In this document: positions 43,748-56,892 of the stretch, one piece after another
How the letters are laid out: each line of letters starts with the position of its first letter
Numbering within the stretch: position 1 is the first letter of the stretch
Assembly: GCA_000320545.1 (NCBI GenBank)
Contig: ADNK01002373.1
Coordinates: 1-64,000, forward strand
From: Bigelowiella natans CCMP2755
Taxonomy: Eukaryota; Protista; Cercozoa
Direction: 5' to 3'
DNA: 64,000 nucleotides
The notes under the pieces: generated by a model
The model's database searches: none
Told to the model about the DNA's origin: nothing
Seen by the model: only the letters and a program-made list of their open reading frames with translations
Made by a program: the position numbers and the translations under genes

Positions 43748-46095
43748 GGAAGAAGGACAAATACTAAGTATGTAGTAGCATCATCTACCTGGGTTGCACA
43801 ATGAACTCATGCTACATTCGTCATGTTAATCTATATTTCTTCTCAAGTATCCCGTTTTCGAATTTTCCCCCCCCCCCCCCCCCTCTCCCCCTTTCTCTTT
43901 AGCATTCTATCTAGTTATATTGAGTATGATCGTTTCAGATCTCACCTTGCAGATAGACGACCCAATATCATAGGTCCCTTCGATATTATTAAAATCAAAA
44001 TAATCAGAGGTGGTGGTGGTGTTGTCGGAAATGAGGTCAACGACAAAATGGAACAAGTATGTTAAAATATTGGAGAGTAAATGAATCATCATCTGTATTG
44101 GCAATACTACTACTACTACTACTACTACCAACTGAGCACAAACAAACCTACTAGAAAGTGAGAGAGTGGCTACGATATAACAACATTATACTCGTTGTAG
44201 CAAATAGTCATTTGTATATCTTCGAATCCACCAATAACATAGTAGCATAAAATGAACAGCTGCAGGGAGTCAACACTGAGTAGTAAGTAATAGTACCTCC
44301 TTGTCCAATGACTTTGCCAGGATATAGATGGCAGTTTGGAGGGCAAACAAACGTAGATTCGCCCCGGGATACACCGAGCGTGTAGCCCTATTATTGAGTA
44401 ATTCAGAGCACCGGAGAACAGATGTGTGTATCATCATAGATACCATTGCGTAAGAAACAAACAACACAAGAGGACATAGAGGAGTAGCGCTGCACAATGT
44501 TCCACTATTGCTACTACTATTAATAAAAATAATGATCAATAATGATGATGATCTTACCGTCGCTGCACAAGTGAGCTTGTCTAGGGAGCAAGGAAACTTA
44601 CCCGTGTCGGTTTTGTGGGTACCGACCTGGTGTTATGTTGATAACAAGATAATAGACATTAATCACCATTTTAACACGAATGAATCATGGTATCTGGAAA
44701 GAATCATCAAATTCTTAATACTGTTCCTATTATTAACTCTCTTTCAATCCCCTCTCTATTAACTACCGTGAGCAGAAGAGCATCCACTGAGCTCGAGGGG
44801 GCAGGGTATACGCTCCATTCCGAAGCATTAGATTTGTGGCCTTTGAGCAGGACGTGCATATTTTCACAAACGTGAAACACAAAGAACGAGTGAGAAGTAT
44901 AGCGAACAACGGGCAGTTGAGGTAGCTTCGATAGAACGAAGAAAGAGGAGAAGAAGAAGAAGAAGAAGAAGAAGAAGAAAGGAAGGGAGGAAAACCTCAA
45001 CATAACCACATTACTATTCACAGCCCTAGACATGCAATCACCGTTAGCAGCAGAATCATACGAATATTAGTATCTTCGATCATCATTATGTGTAGTAATA
45101 ATGACTGCAGCAGAAAGGAAGGACCTCTCTCTTTCCAACGACCCATGTTACCCTCCATAACCCATGATTTACGTGCGAGCCACTTGTTTTTCTATAATAA
45201 GTATATGATGAGCAGCATAAGGAAGATGATGATTAATACTGAGCAAAGGCATTGATCGTATATGTGCCCTGAAAGAGGAGGAGCCGATTATTACTTCTGA
45301 GCTTCCTCTATCAAACTCACATACATACCAACCTGCTACATCTACCACTACTACTACTACTACTACTAATACTAATACTACTACTACCGTAGCCAGTGGG
45401 TCGCCGTTGATGTTAAAGCCTGTTCCAGCTGTTTTCATCGCTGGCATCTATTGTGTATTGTGTGTTTGTGTGTGCGTGTGTGTGTGTGTGTGTGTGGAAA
45501 AGTATGTTTGGATAGATCGATCCATTAATCATTTGCGACTTGATGATACGTAGATTCTTGCATGCATCGCATGTGACATTACCAAATAAAATATATTAAC
45601 ACCAATAAAAATGTAAGATACAACGAATTTTATCGAAGAACCCACCTTTTCCTTCCCTATCGTGTCAATGATAATTCCTAAGATGAGATTAATAATTAGA
45701 TGCTGCTTTCTTAGGGTACATGCCTCACAGGAAACACTATAATTAGCATCCCCCTGCTGTTGATGTGATAATTGCTAGTCTTTCCCTTCGACTGTAGATA
45801 ATATAACAAGAATTACCGTTGTGGAGTAGAGCTAAAGCATCGTTGCCGTTGAACCTGATATTATTGGTAGCAAGAATTCACCTATGCTAGCGATTACTAT
45901 CTTCTAACATGCTCTGTCAATTCTCCATTATATGTCTGCGTATTGTGTGTGTAATAGCATATTCTCAACCAGCCGTAGTAGGTCCCTCCTTCCTTTTGAT
46001 AGATCTGTCATAATTTTAAAACATAACAACACGATCACGGAGTGAATGGGGGGGGGGGCATTTCAGGTCAATTCTTCCCCCCCCCACCACCTTCC

Positions 46096-46143
<48 letters not shown>

Positions 46144-47222
46144 GTGTGTGTGTGAGTGTGTGTGTGTGGTTGCATTGTCTTGCCGAGTTGGATTTATATA
46201 CTTTCGATATTCATTGGTACAGTCTTTGAAACATGCATATGTTTGACATAATTTCACTCAAGAATTGATTACTTACCCTGCTACTAGAGAGATACTTGTC
46301 AACATAAGTTGGCTCGAGCTGTCGATTGGTAATCGCTATCGTCGAAGTGATAATAATAATAATAATGAGAATTTTAAATGGAAAATACTAGAATCTTGAA
46401 GGAGAGGGTAACTAGCAAAATTCTGCTTCATGGAAATTTTAAGCGCGTCTTCTCTGTACAATATACATGTAAAAATATACATACGTTCTTTTTCGTATCT
46501 TACTCATACATTCATATGGTTTAAAAAAGGTGGTATACAACATATATTATGAGATATTATGAGCAGCAGCAAGCATTGTTTTCTAGTACGTGGCAAGTAG
46601 TTAGTCTTGAAGTCATCAGATGCTATGACCCACGTCCCGCCTCCCCCGAGTTTCATGGCGGCTGCATTATTCAATGGTATATTCATCCATGCATTACATG
46701 TTGATTTGATAATATATCGGTATTTTAAATAATTATTGTAATTGGAATTGACGTACGGTCTCGGGCAAGGAAGAACTGGCTTCCATAATTCCATGCTCCC
46801 CCATCTTTAGCCACGATGATCGAAAATTCATTTAATGGGGCCTTTCGAAAGAAATTAAGAGTCGAAATCAGATAGATATCCGAAGAGTTGTTCGGGTTTT
46901 TGAGTGCAGACAAAAAGTAAATTATTTTTTTTATGTAAGGAAAAGACGTGAACTAACTCCAATTAAAAAGAACTAGCGAATTGCAACAATATTGAGCAAC
47001 ATCAGCAACAACGACAGCAGTAGTAATTCATACCTCCATACACGATGGGTTGTATATTTCCACCAATTGGCGTGCCTCGTCAGCGTGGACATACTTCGAG
47101 AAGAACAAGCGCTGTGCAGATGCTTGCTCGAGACATACCAAATTCCATGTTATTAGCAGAAGAGCGGCTCTAGCATAACTGAACGACGAGCGTGCAGCGG
47201 ATCCAACTCCCCGCATCTTCAT
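38817..47222 (-). CDS. Large secreted/surface protein: signal peptide, lamin-tail (LTD)-like domain, PT-rich linker, tenascin-type EGF repeats; 3' end uncertain (38817 or ~38507)
   Basis: The N-terminal hydrophobic signal is followed by LFFSKYVHADEARQLVEIYNPS, FNGNDALAL and IIDTIG (LTD pattern). Linker APTVSPTQAPTRNPTQSPT. At least six EGF repeats, e.g. CSGRGACNFDTGVCTCDKGFLGRHC and CPNDCSGHGECDYVFRTCKCDEGWSLSDC. The middle exons were not fully resolved. Confidence 0.75.
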
Positions 47223-47845
47223 CTTAGATGAGCTTACACTCTAGTATGAACGAAGTACGATCCAATCTATGGAGCAATGTGCTATAAAAGAGAGTAAAGT
47301 CATGACCTAACCGGCTTTTCAAATTGTTCTCTCCATCTTGATATTTCTGCCTCACTGATTCTCTACCTTCTTTACCCCTCTTCTTATCTCCCTCTCCCAT
47401 ATCATTTGTTCTCTACTTCTCTCTCTTACGAACAAATTCTCTGCGCCCCCAACCCTACCGAACCCAACCAGTTATTTTCAAGATTCTGAATCCCCGTACA
47501 TTAGCAGTGAAGTATTTACGCAAATTCTATGACGCATGCTTAATATCCCTGTCATTTTTAGTATCAGTAGCATGTGGCAAGAAATCATGATCGTTGCCAT
47601 GAGATCGCTACATGACCAGAAAATACCAGCAGGAGATGGAAATGCCCTGTGTTTTGGTTGAATCTCTGTCATTGGAATTATTAACACAGAGGAGAGATAG
47701 ACAAACAGACGACCTGCATTCTCCTTACGATGTTTTTACGATAAAAATTTTGACAAGAACATGAGAGGAACACATTTTTTTCCGTACTGCGACATGGAAA
47801 CGACGACAATAGAATTGATTCGACGTTATCGAAAAAGGCAGGAGA

Positions 47846-49780
47846 ATGGAGTTGACAGCATCTTATGTCGCGGTATCTCCTCGAGACATATCTCTTAACT
47901 GCAAAGTTCGTCCTTCACCCCTCCGAGAGAATGAACCAGTTTGTGAGCATTTAAAACCGAGTGCAGCAGTATTATCACTCGAACTACGTATAGGGATAAC
48001 AGACCGTGCGGTTGGTACTCTGGCCAAATTGAGGAGGCTCGCCTGAGGAAAAGTCATTCGAATCCTGGGACAAATAACCCTAGTTATTCATGCGAGCGCG
48101 TACACCCCAAAAGTATGGCAATCAGGACAAGTTGTAGAATTAAGCCTTAGAAAAAACACATAGTCTTGATCAAGCTGCTGGCAACACTTAGACAATGACA
48201 CAAAAAACTATCCTCCAACCTGCCGTTTCCTTGCATTCAATGCCTGTCCCTTCTAGAACTTTCGAACATAAATATGTACTGTGCGCTAGTCAATGTCGAT
48301 CGCAATCCTAACGTCTGCTTTATTATTCCGCAGAAAGAAGCCTCTAGCAGGGATTACATTTGACTTTTCCTTCGATGCAAAACCAAAGAAACGGAAGTAA
48401 GGCGCTACGTGTAAATGTGCGTGCGTGCGTGCGTGTCTCTGTGGGGTGTTGATAGATATATGTGGAATATGTCCTCTCTATGTAAGATACAGAGTGTGTC
48501 TACTAACTGTAAGATTCAGAATTTGATTACGCCCCTTGTACTAAATATCTCTAGGAATCAGTTGAAACGACAAAAGTCTAAGCGAAAAAAGGAAAAAATC
48601 CGCTACCCTAAGAAATCTGCGTCTCCCAAAATTTATCAATCTGGAATGGGGCCCATCGTCGAGCCAACGGGGATTGATTTTACAAATACGATACAAGTTA
48701 CCTCATGGAGAGTACGCACGGCGAAGATGATTTATGAGAAAGGGAGAAGGTGGGTTTTCAAACATTGACATACTATCATCCCAAAGTGTCCATAATGTGC
48801 GCACGTATTGTTTCCAGGTTTACACAGGAAGGAGATAGAATGAGGAAAACAATGCATAAGCCCGCATCACCAGTCTCTAACTCTAAACCGATAGGGTGGG
48901 TGATCAGACTATTATTTTCTTTCACTCATGACCGTATCACCTATATTCCAGCAAATAATCATGTTTTCCGCTGCTGTATGAGAGGCGCTGGTGCATGCGT
49001 GGAATTGTAGCTGCTCTCCCTCTTAAACCCACGATTTTCCCCTGTCCTTCCTCCTTCAGATTATCGTCTCCTGAATATAGGGATGGAGATAAATCAAAAG
49101 ACAACTCAAACACCAAACCTGATATTGATGCCGCTCCTTGCCAGCATTCAGTACCGTTCAGCAACGCTCCCTCTCCAACCAAGAAAAAGGGATTTTGTTT
49201 TAAGACTTTAAATGATAACCTTAATATAAAATCCTCCACGTTATTTGCGAATAAAAAAGGAGAATCCTCAAATAGAAGCAGGCTCGTTCTCAAAATGCCG
49301 AAGGCTCACAGTAGTATCTCACAGTCTGCGCGTCGACCGCATCAAAATACTTATTCGGTTGGAAAATCAAGAACCCCAAGAACCGCAAGGAAGGCTGGCA
49401 GTCCGACCTATCATGGGTCTCGAAGAGGTTCACGCAACAGGATGATGTTCAGGCACACTTTCCCGGTGGTGCGAGAAGCGCAACAAGCATGGAAGATCCA
49501 CGGTACAAAAGTGGCGCAATCTAACCGGGAAGAAATGTATATTCGTCGTCTCCAGAATCTGACGCTGCAGAAAAGTAATAATCTGCAGAAAATAGATAGA
49601 AAAATGTCGAGCTTTGATTATTCACCGAGGCGGTCTCATGGTCAGAAGGGTAAGAAAGCATGGGCAGCTATCGAAAAAGAAGACTTTCAAAGCTCTATTC
49701 AACATTTCGAAGAAACGGTTCTAAGAGCAGTGGTTAGAAGGAGGATAAAAATAAACGGTTCAAACACAGTGATAAGATAA
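47846..49780 (+). CDS. Hypothetical basic, low-complexity protein, multi-exon; start uncertain
   Basis: Phase-compatible GT-AG exons at ~48334-48396, 48554-48749, 48818-48894 and 49060-49780. No recognisable domain. Confidence 0.55.
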
Positions 49781-50568
49781 TTATATGCCACGTTCCACAG
49801 TGAGGGAGGCATTTTTTGAGAAAACGAATGATCTTTGCACTGCGCCGAGTAGTGTCTCAGGAGACAGATCACGATTTCGGCTGGTAGTTTTGAACAATGG
49901 TCATTCGATCGAGTGAGTGCGGGTGTGGACCTGCGATTCCCTCCTAGCTTTGCATGTCAGCGTGTATGCCATGCTAGCATGTACGCAGCACGCTAGCACG
50001 TCTGACATGGATCACATGCAAGCATGCCCAGATGCAATAAAGAAGCACAAGTCTAAACGTCAACTATGCTAGCTACCGCGTGCGTGATTGCTGAACCTAG
50101 CTAGCTAGCTTTTATTAACTAGGTGTAAATGCACATGCGGGAGAGCACTACATGCCAGGCGAGAGCACAATTGTTGCTACGCACGCAGAGCATCTTGCAC
50201 ATCATTCATTGGCTGCCTCTGATCCTGTAAATGTCACATCGCCTGCGCTAGAACGTTGCGCTGGCATGCGGAGACGAACCACCCTACTAGCCTAGCACAT
50301 GCTAGCATGTCACACTGAACATTACCTAGCTACCCGATGAACGACGGACACAATGTGCCAAACTTATCGACTAAATAAATGTACATGTATGTGTTGAATG
50401 CATTTAGCATTTGCATACGACTAAAGGAATATTCACTATGCTCGAAATTCAAGATAGAGCTGTAACGAAATGGGAGATGACCAGGAACTGAAGTTCCGCC
50501 TGTCTAGCTGTCTAGCTGTGGGTGAGTGCACACTACTAGAATTAGAAATGCCGTCCTCGTTAGTCTTG

Positions 50569-53500
50569 CTAGTGGTTCGGATCCAAGCTCCTTTTATGCT
50601 CCAAATGCTGCGGATGCTGCGGCGATATCTGCTGCGATTGTAGCTGCATGGGCTTATTTCGTTTTTTGTCACGTCTAATTTTGGGTCGGTTTGTGTTAGG
50701 ATCGTCATGTTTTTTGGGATAAAACTTTTGTGTCTTTGTAAGCGTGGCCTTGCGGGGTTTTTTAAACCCGCATACCAAACACTGCAGCAGATCCGCAGAG
50801 TTTTTTAGAGTACACATACTGCACTGCCATTCTTTGGTGTCATCGCTCATCTCATCGTCATCTTCGTTCTCGTCTTCACTTCCGAGTTCACTTTCACTGT
50901 CACTATCTTCTACCTCCATCACCGACTTCTTGTTCGCCTGTGGTTTCGGTCTAGAGACAGTGGAAAGGTTTTTGCTAGAAACGACTGTAGCTGCTTTGGA
51001 TAGCTGTTGTTTTGGGATACGGCGAATAGGCGGGCGTGGCTTGCCTTCATTTGCCAAGATGGTAAGGCACTTACCATCATCAGATTCTTCCGAAGAGTCG
51101 CTCAGGTCGCTTGAGTCATTTGAATAAGGCGAACTGGATTCTTTCCTTGATGTAGCCGCAGCAGTTGTAGTTTTCGAGGAATTCAAAGTGCCTTTCCTCT
51201 TTACTACTCCCAGATTATGCCGACCACCATTATGCAGAACTTTAGGCCTTTTGTTTGCGCTGTTTAAACCATTCGCCAGCTTGCCTGCATTAGAGTTCGA
51301 TCTCTTTACATATGGCTGCTTAATATCCCCGGCCTTCAACAACCCCTTCTTGTGACGATTTTGGGGATTGGAAGAATTAGCGCCAGTGTTTCCAGCACCT
51401 GAGTGATTTGCCCCTGAGGAAGAGTTCTTGAGAGATTTAGAACCAGCAATGCTCCGTTTGTCATGTTGCTTGCGATTACTGGTTCCCTGGCCACTTTTAG
51501 TGCCAATCCCACCGGAAACCTTCGATCCGATGAAGCTGGGTCTTTTGTCGCGCCGTTTCTGAGCATCCAATGAACCCATAGTCTTCTTCTTCGAAGTAAC
51601 CATTGAACCTGCTGAAACCTCACCTTCGATAGGTTTCCTTTTCTTTTCTTTTCTTTTTCCTAGCAACGAAGAAGAGGAATCCTTTGTGTCTTCTTTATCC
51701 CGCTTACGTTTCTTGGATTTTACGGGAAGGCCTGATGACTCTCTGTTGCGCTGGTCATTCTTCCTAGACTTAATATTTTTCTTTTCTATACTGGATGCAG
51801 CATAGCGGTTATTCTCAGAAGACAAAGCTGTATCAGTTCGGCTTCCCTTGGCCTTCTCCCCTCCACCTCTAACCTTCCCAGCCTTAATCATAGATCCTTT
51901 GTTCTTATCTGATTTTACTTTGTCGCTACTTGAGCTCCCTTTGATCTTATCAGCTCTGCTGCGGTCAGTTTTAATTTTGCTCTTATCGGTCTTAATTCTC
52001 TCGCCTTTTAGCCTCTCAGCTGCCTTCCCCTTAACCCCATCTATCTTTCTCTTCTTCGCGTCAAAACTGCTAAGGCTGCCGCCTTCCGTACGCTTTCTAG
52101 GTTCGTCACGCTGCTGTTTTCTGCTGGGCCCAGATGTCTTATCGCCCAAATTGGGTTTCTTGATAGTGGCCTTCATGCCGGAAAGACTTACTCGTTTCTC
52201 GCCAGACACTGATCGTTTAATTGAGACCGACGTTGACTTTTCGGAGGAAGGACGACGCTCCCGTTCCCGCTCACCGTCAACAACATTAGAATTGCTAACA
52301 TTATTTTTTTTGGTAATCCCCTTTTTTGCTGACAATGATTTCTCAGAGGTAGACGGAGGGCGACGCTCCCGCTTACTGACGATGGCGCCAGGAGAAGTGC
52401 TATCATTATTCCTCTTCGTACCGCTTTTTTTAGACGATTTCGTTTTATTACTATCGACACCAGTCGTAGCTGCAGATAATGAGAGTTTTCTTTTACCAAC
52501 ACTAACTGCACTCTCGCTACCACCACTATTTTTATCTCCGTTGTCCTTTATCTTTACTCCTTTATTTTTCGAGAACTTCTCACCGTTGTTAGATCCGCCC
52601 ATACCCTTCTTCTTTTTCTTTTTTTTCTTTTTTTTCGGCTTTTTCTCGTGTTTAACATGACGTTCTCGGTCGCCTTCTACACTATCTTCTACCTTTGGGA
52701 TATTATTTTTCTTTGATATTGACTTCTCGGCTGAGGTAGGGTGTTTCTCGGAGTGCTTGACCTTCAACTTGCCCGAACTTTCTCTTGAGGTTTTTTTTTT
52801 CAATGATGAGGCCTCCTTTGTTTGTGAGTGTGATTGGACACCGGTCTTCGATACCGCCTCTCCAATCTTGGTTTCGGAAGCACTTTGACTTCTTCTTAAG
52901 TTACCAGTTACACGGTGCTTTTGGGTAATTTTAGCGGACCTAGAATTTTCATTAGCAAGATGTGGAGTCGTCTTCTTGTTTTTTTCCTCTTGCGATTTTT
53001 TCGTCTCAGATTTGGAAGCTAGGTTTTTTTGTACAGCTTTAGGATCGGGATCAATCTTCTCCTTTTTGGCTACATACTTAGGAATCTCTGTTGTTATGTT
53101 GGAAGGATGTTTCTCTCCTTCATTTTCTCGGTGCCCTTCCAGCGCTATTTTCCCCACTCCACATGGACTTCTACGCGAAGATACTTGTTGCTTCTTTTGT
53201 TTTTCCTCGGACTTCTTTGTTAAAACACTATCTCCTGCATGTTTTAAGTTTTTCAGTAAGGCAGTGTCTCTTCTCTCCCCTTCCTCAGATTTGCTAGATA
53301 TAGAATCGCCCGACCTCTTTTTTTTGGTAGGGATCTCTTTTTCAACAACCAAAGGGATTGCTGTAGGTATCCCAATCCCAGCCTTTTCTAAAACAGGTTT
53401 TGCCTTGGGTGCGTCTTCCACAGAAATTTTGGCAGATTTCTTCATGTCTGATGAAATGCTAGGCGAGTCTTTCTCGACTTTTGTTTCTGCATTAGGCGCT

Positions 53501-55798
53501 TCTTGATCCTGCCTCTCGAATACTTCCTTCTCTCCCGCCTTCGGCACGTGTGCTGCTATTTCTTTTGGATTATTCCTTCCTTTATCCTTCTGCTTCATGG
53601 GTGATGGGCCGTTGCTAACAGCGTCTTTCTTAACTCCAAGGGTTTTGTTTATTGTGTTAATGCCATCACTTGTGTTTGGAGGATTTACAGGTGAGGCAGT
53701 TTTATCTTCAGCTGATGGAGCATTTGCTTTTAATGGAGGTGTAACAGTAAAAGAACTTTCTTCACATTTTAAAGACGAGTGCATTACTCCATTCCTAACA
53801 GCAGTGACATTGACAGTACTTTTCTTCGACTTTGAACCTACAAACTGAGATTTCGACTTCATTTTTGTGGTCACCTTTGCTGATGCATTGACAATTGTTG
53901 AGGTCGATTTCTTCTCCTTTACAGCTGCGGAAGATTGCAACGGTTCCGTCTTCACAGAAGCTGTCGATGCTCCTCCTGGACCATCCTTGTCATCCTTATT
54001 AGTCTTAGTTAAATTCTTTACTCCCGCGCCCTCCCCACTGCTCCCTGCGATGTCCTCCATTACTTTCCCGGTTTTCCTACTTCGCTTCTTACCACTTCGA
54101 GGGGTAGACTTCGCAGTCTCTAACTTTTGAGCTGAACTGGCATGATTGGACATTATGTCCACAGTAGACAAATTTTGTTGGCCATTGGATGTTTCTTTCC
54201 CACGCCCAACTAATCGGGAGCTTCCCGAGATTCGAGCTTGAGTTTCACTTAGTATCATCGCCTCCATTTGCTTCTGACGCAATTTGATTATGTCTGTGGC
54301 AGTGTCAGCTTTGCCTTGGAGAGCCTTTCTCCGCTTTCTAGCACCACACACGACACATTTAACAGACTCTGCCTTATTCTCTAGTGTACATTGGGAGCAA
54401 GTCCAAGTCCCTGCGTCCGTACGGCTGCCCTCTTTTGGTTTTGGATACTCCTCATACTTAAACCTCTTCTTGTGGCTTTTCTTTGCACGTGTTGAGCCAG
54501 GTGTGTCGCCATTCTTGGTAACCTCCCTGTGCCGCGTACGTTTCCTTGAATTTGGAGTAGAATCATCGGATCTGCGCTTGTGAGACGAGCTACTACCATT
54601 GGCAATTGCTTTCTTCTTTTTTGAATCTCTATGCCGTAAAATGCTTTTCAGCTGCTTCCAATCGCTGCATATAATTCGCAGATTCTGGCCATGCAAATTC
54701 TTATGATTAGCATTTGCGCCGCGACTAATAAATAAATTAAGGATCTCGAAATTTCCTTTTCTACTTGCGATGAAGATGGGCGTATCACCATCTTTATTAA
54801 CTTGCTCGACATCTGCTTGTGCTTTAAGCAGCACTTTTACAACTGAGGTTTTGCCAAAATAAGTAGCGACTGAGAGCGGACAAAATTTGTCTACGTCTGT
54901 TATCCTTGTGTCTGCCCCAGCGTCAACTAGCTTCTGAGCTATTGCTGCATGGCCATACCTCGCCGCACACATTAATGCCGTCCACTTGTGCACCTGAATG
55001 CAATTTTTAATTAGAGAAGAAAAATGTTTAATTCTTTGAATTCGAGCTTTACCCGACACTGAAAATCAAGGTCTGCACGGGCGTTTATCAACTCTTGTAC
55101 AGCATTGGCTTCTCCGTAGTAAGCCCCTATCATTAGAGGAGAATGCCCTTCCTGTTCACGAAAAAATTACATATCATCCGACTATCGGGAGACTGGGAAA
55201 TGCCCTTCCTGACCTTGCTTAGAGCTCTATGTCGAGCGCCAGCATCAATAAGCATTTTTACAACTTCTAGCTTGCCATATCTTACAGCGAACATAAGTGG
55301 CGTCCATCCGTGTTCCTAATCAATTGAGTAACATCTTAGGAAAATGAAGATATTGCTGTTCATTCACGAAGAGGAACCTTATCCTTGCACTCAAGATCCG
55401 CTTTCTCGCGTATAAGAAGGTCTGCAACTTCTGTGAGACCTCTCCGCGCAGCATGTATTATCGGTGTCCATCCCTTAGGTATTAGGTTCATGGAATATAA
55501 CAATCTTTTAAAAGTTGTTCCAAGCGATGTTCTTCCACAAAGACGAAGTACGCATTAAAGTATGACAATATTTAAAATGAAATAAATCGAATGTTGCAGC
55601 ATTTGTAATGAAGAAAGAGAAAGCAAGTGAAACAAGTTATACCTTGCTTTCCAAATTGACAGGGCAGCCCAGTTGCAGTAGTTGTCGAAGCTTCTCTACA
55701 TTCCCTTCCAAAGCGCACTTAAAGAATTTTTTCCTCAACTGTCTTCTTGTAACCTTTGGCTGTGAAGGGGGTTCGTGGACCCCCCGAGAATCACCCAT
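50569..55798 (-). CDS. Ankyrin-repeat protein with two RanBP2-type zinc fingers and a long Lys/Ser-rich disordered region
   Basis: Four short 5' exons (GWTPIIHAARRG, GWTPLMFAVRYG, GHSPLMIGAYYG) precede a ~4.4-kb exon with further ankyrin repeats, WTCSQCTLENKAESVKCVVC and WQCSMCTLKNSADLLQCLVC (W-x-C-x2-C-x3-N-x6-C-x2-C). Confidence 0.9.
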
Positions 55799-56892
55799 CT
55801 TAATGTGCAGCGAAATTCGGGGTTTGGTCGGGGGGGGGCAAAGTATTTTCAGACTTGGTAATTCCAGTCCACATACCTTCAAGTCACAGTCCATTTGTCC
55901 TAAAATACAGTATAAATAAGAAAAGCGACGACAATAGAATGTTGTCTTTATTCTAGAATAAGTGCTTTCATCATTGTCTTCTTGACTTTTCAAAGATTAC
56001 CAACTGCCTTATTCTTCGGCCTATCGGATGCCTTCTATTATATACAATCGTCATACAAAAAAATATGACGTAATCAAGTTTTTAACTACATTTAGTTGAA
56101 AGAGCTAATTTGTAGAGTTAAAAGTGAAGTTCGTTCGCCCAGGTATAACGAGGGTAGACCGCTTTCAACACTTTACAGGGGGTTTCTACTCAATATTCTC
56201 TGTTTTTGGTTTCCGCTCTGACATAAAAAGCATCTATTTTAGGAAGGAACTTCAAGTTCATGTGCACTCCGTCTGAAAAAATGTATCAGAGTGATCCAAG
56301 CAGCAATCGCTATTTGAAGACCCGCGAAATATCCAAGTAATCAAAACTTCTTGGTGAACACGGGAAAATAAGCATGTATCTTTTTAAGATGCACGAATCA
56401 AACACATTCTTTTCTAGACTGAAGTTTGGATATGATCGATCTCAATTTGCCTCTCTTGTGGTCTCTTTTCCCGTTAAATTCTTGTTTTCAAGGGCTTATA
56501 TTTGGTTTTCTTCAGGTTTCTCGCAACAGATAGATCTAGGCGTAAAAGGCTTCGCAAATTCTCGGTGATTTCTCGGAGATAATTCAAATCACAGCTTGCC
56601 AGTACGAGGGAAACGTATTAGGTAATCTATTGACTACGACAAGACAAATACTCACGCATATGGACTTTTTAAGTGTCGACTCGATTTTGGATAACGTGCC
56701 TCCCTTTACAAATGTGAGACAATTTCATTCACTTGACGTTCCTTAAACGACAGGGTATGACGTGGTATGTCTGAACGATCACAAAGCTGCTTTGTCTGCC
56801 GTAAAATTAGTAAATTCTATGTCGTACATTTAAATTAGATCACAATTTTAGCACACTTGGAAAGTTGAAGTAGGAGGGAGGAGTCAAACACG

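Noticed and set aside
50744-54583. Plus-strand ORFs up to 270 aa opposite the 1496-aa ORF
   Set aside because: Antisense shadows of a Lys/Ser-rich coding strand (Phe/Leu/Ser-rich, no motifs).
56060-56765. TGACGT (CRE/bZIP-like) hexamers in the ankyrin/TMF1 divergent promoter
   Set aside because: Three short hexamer matches are too weak to call a regulatory site without further data.
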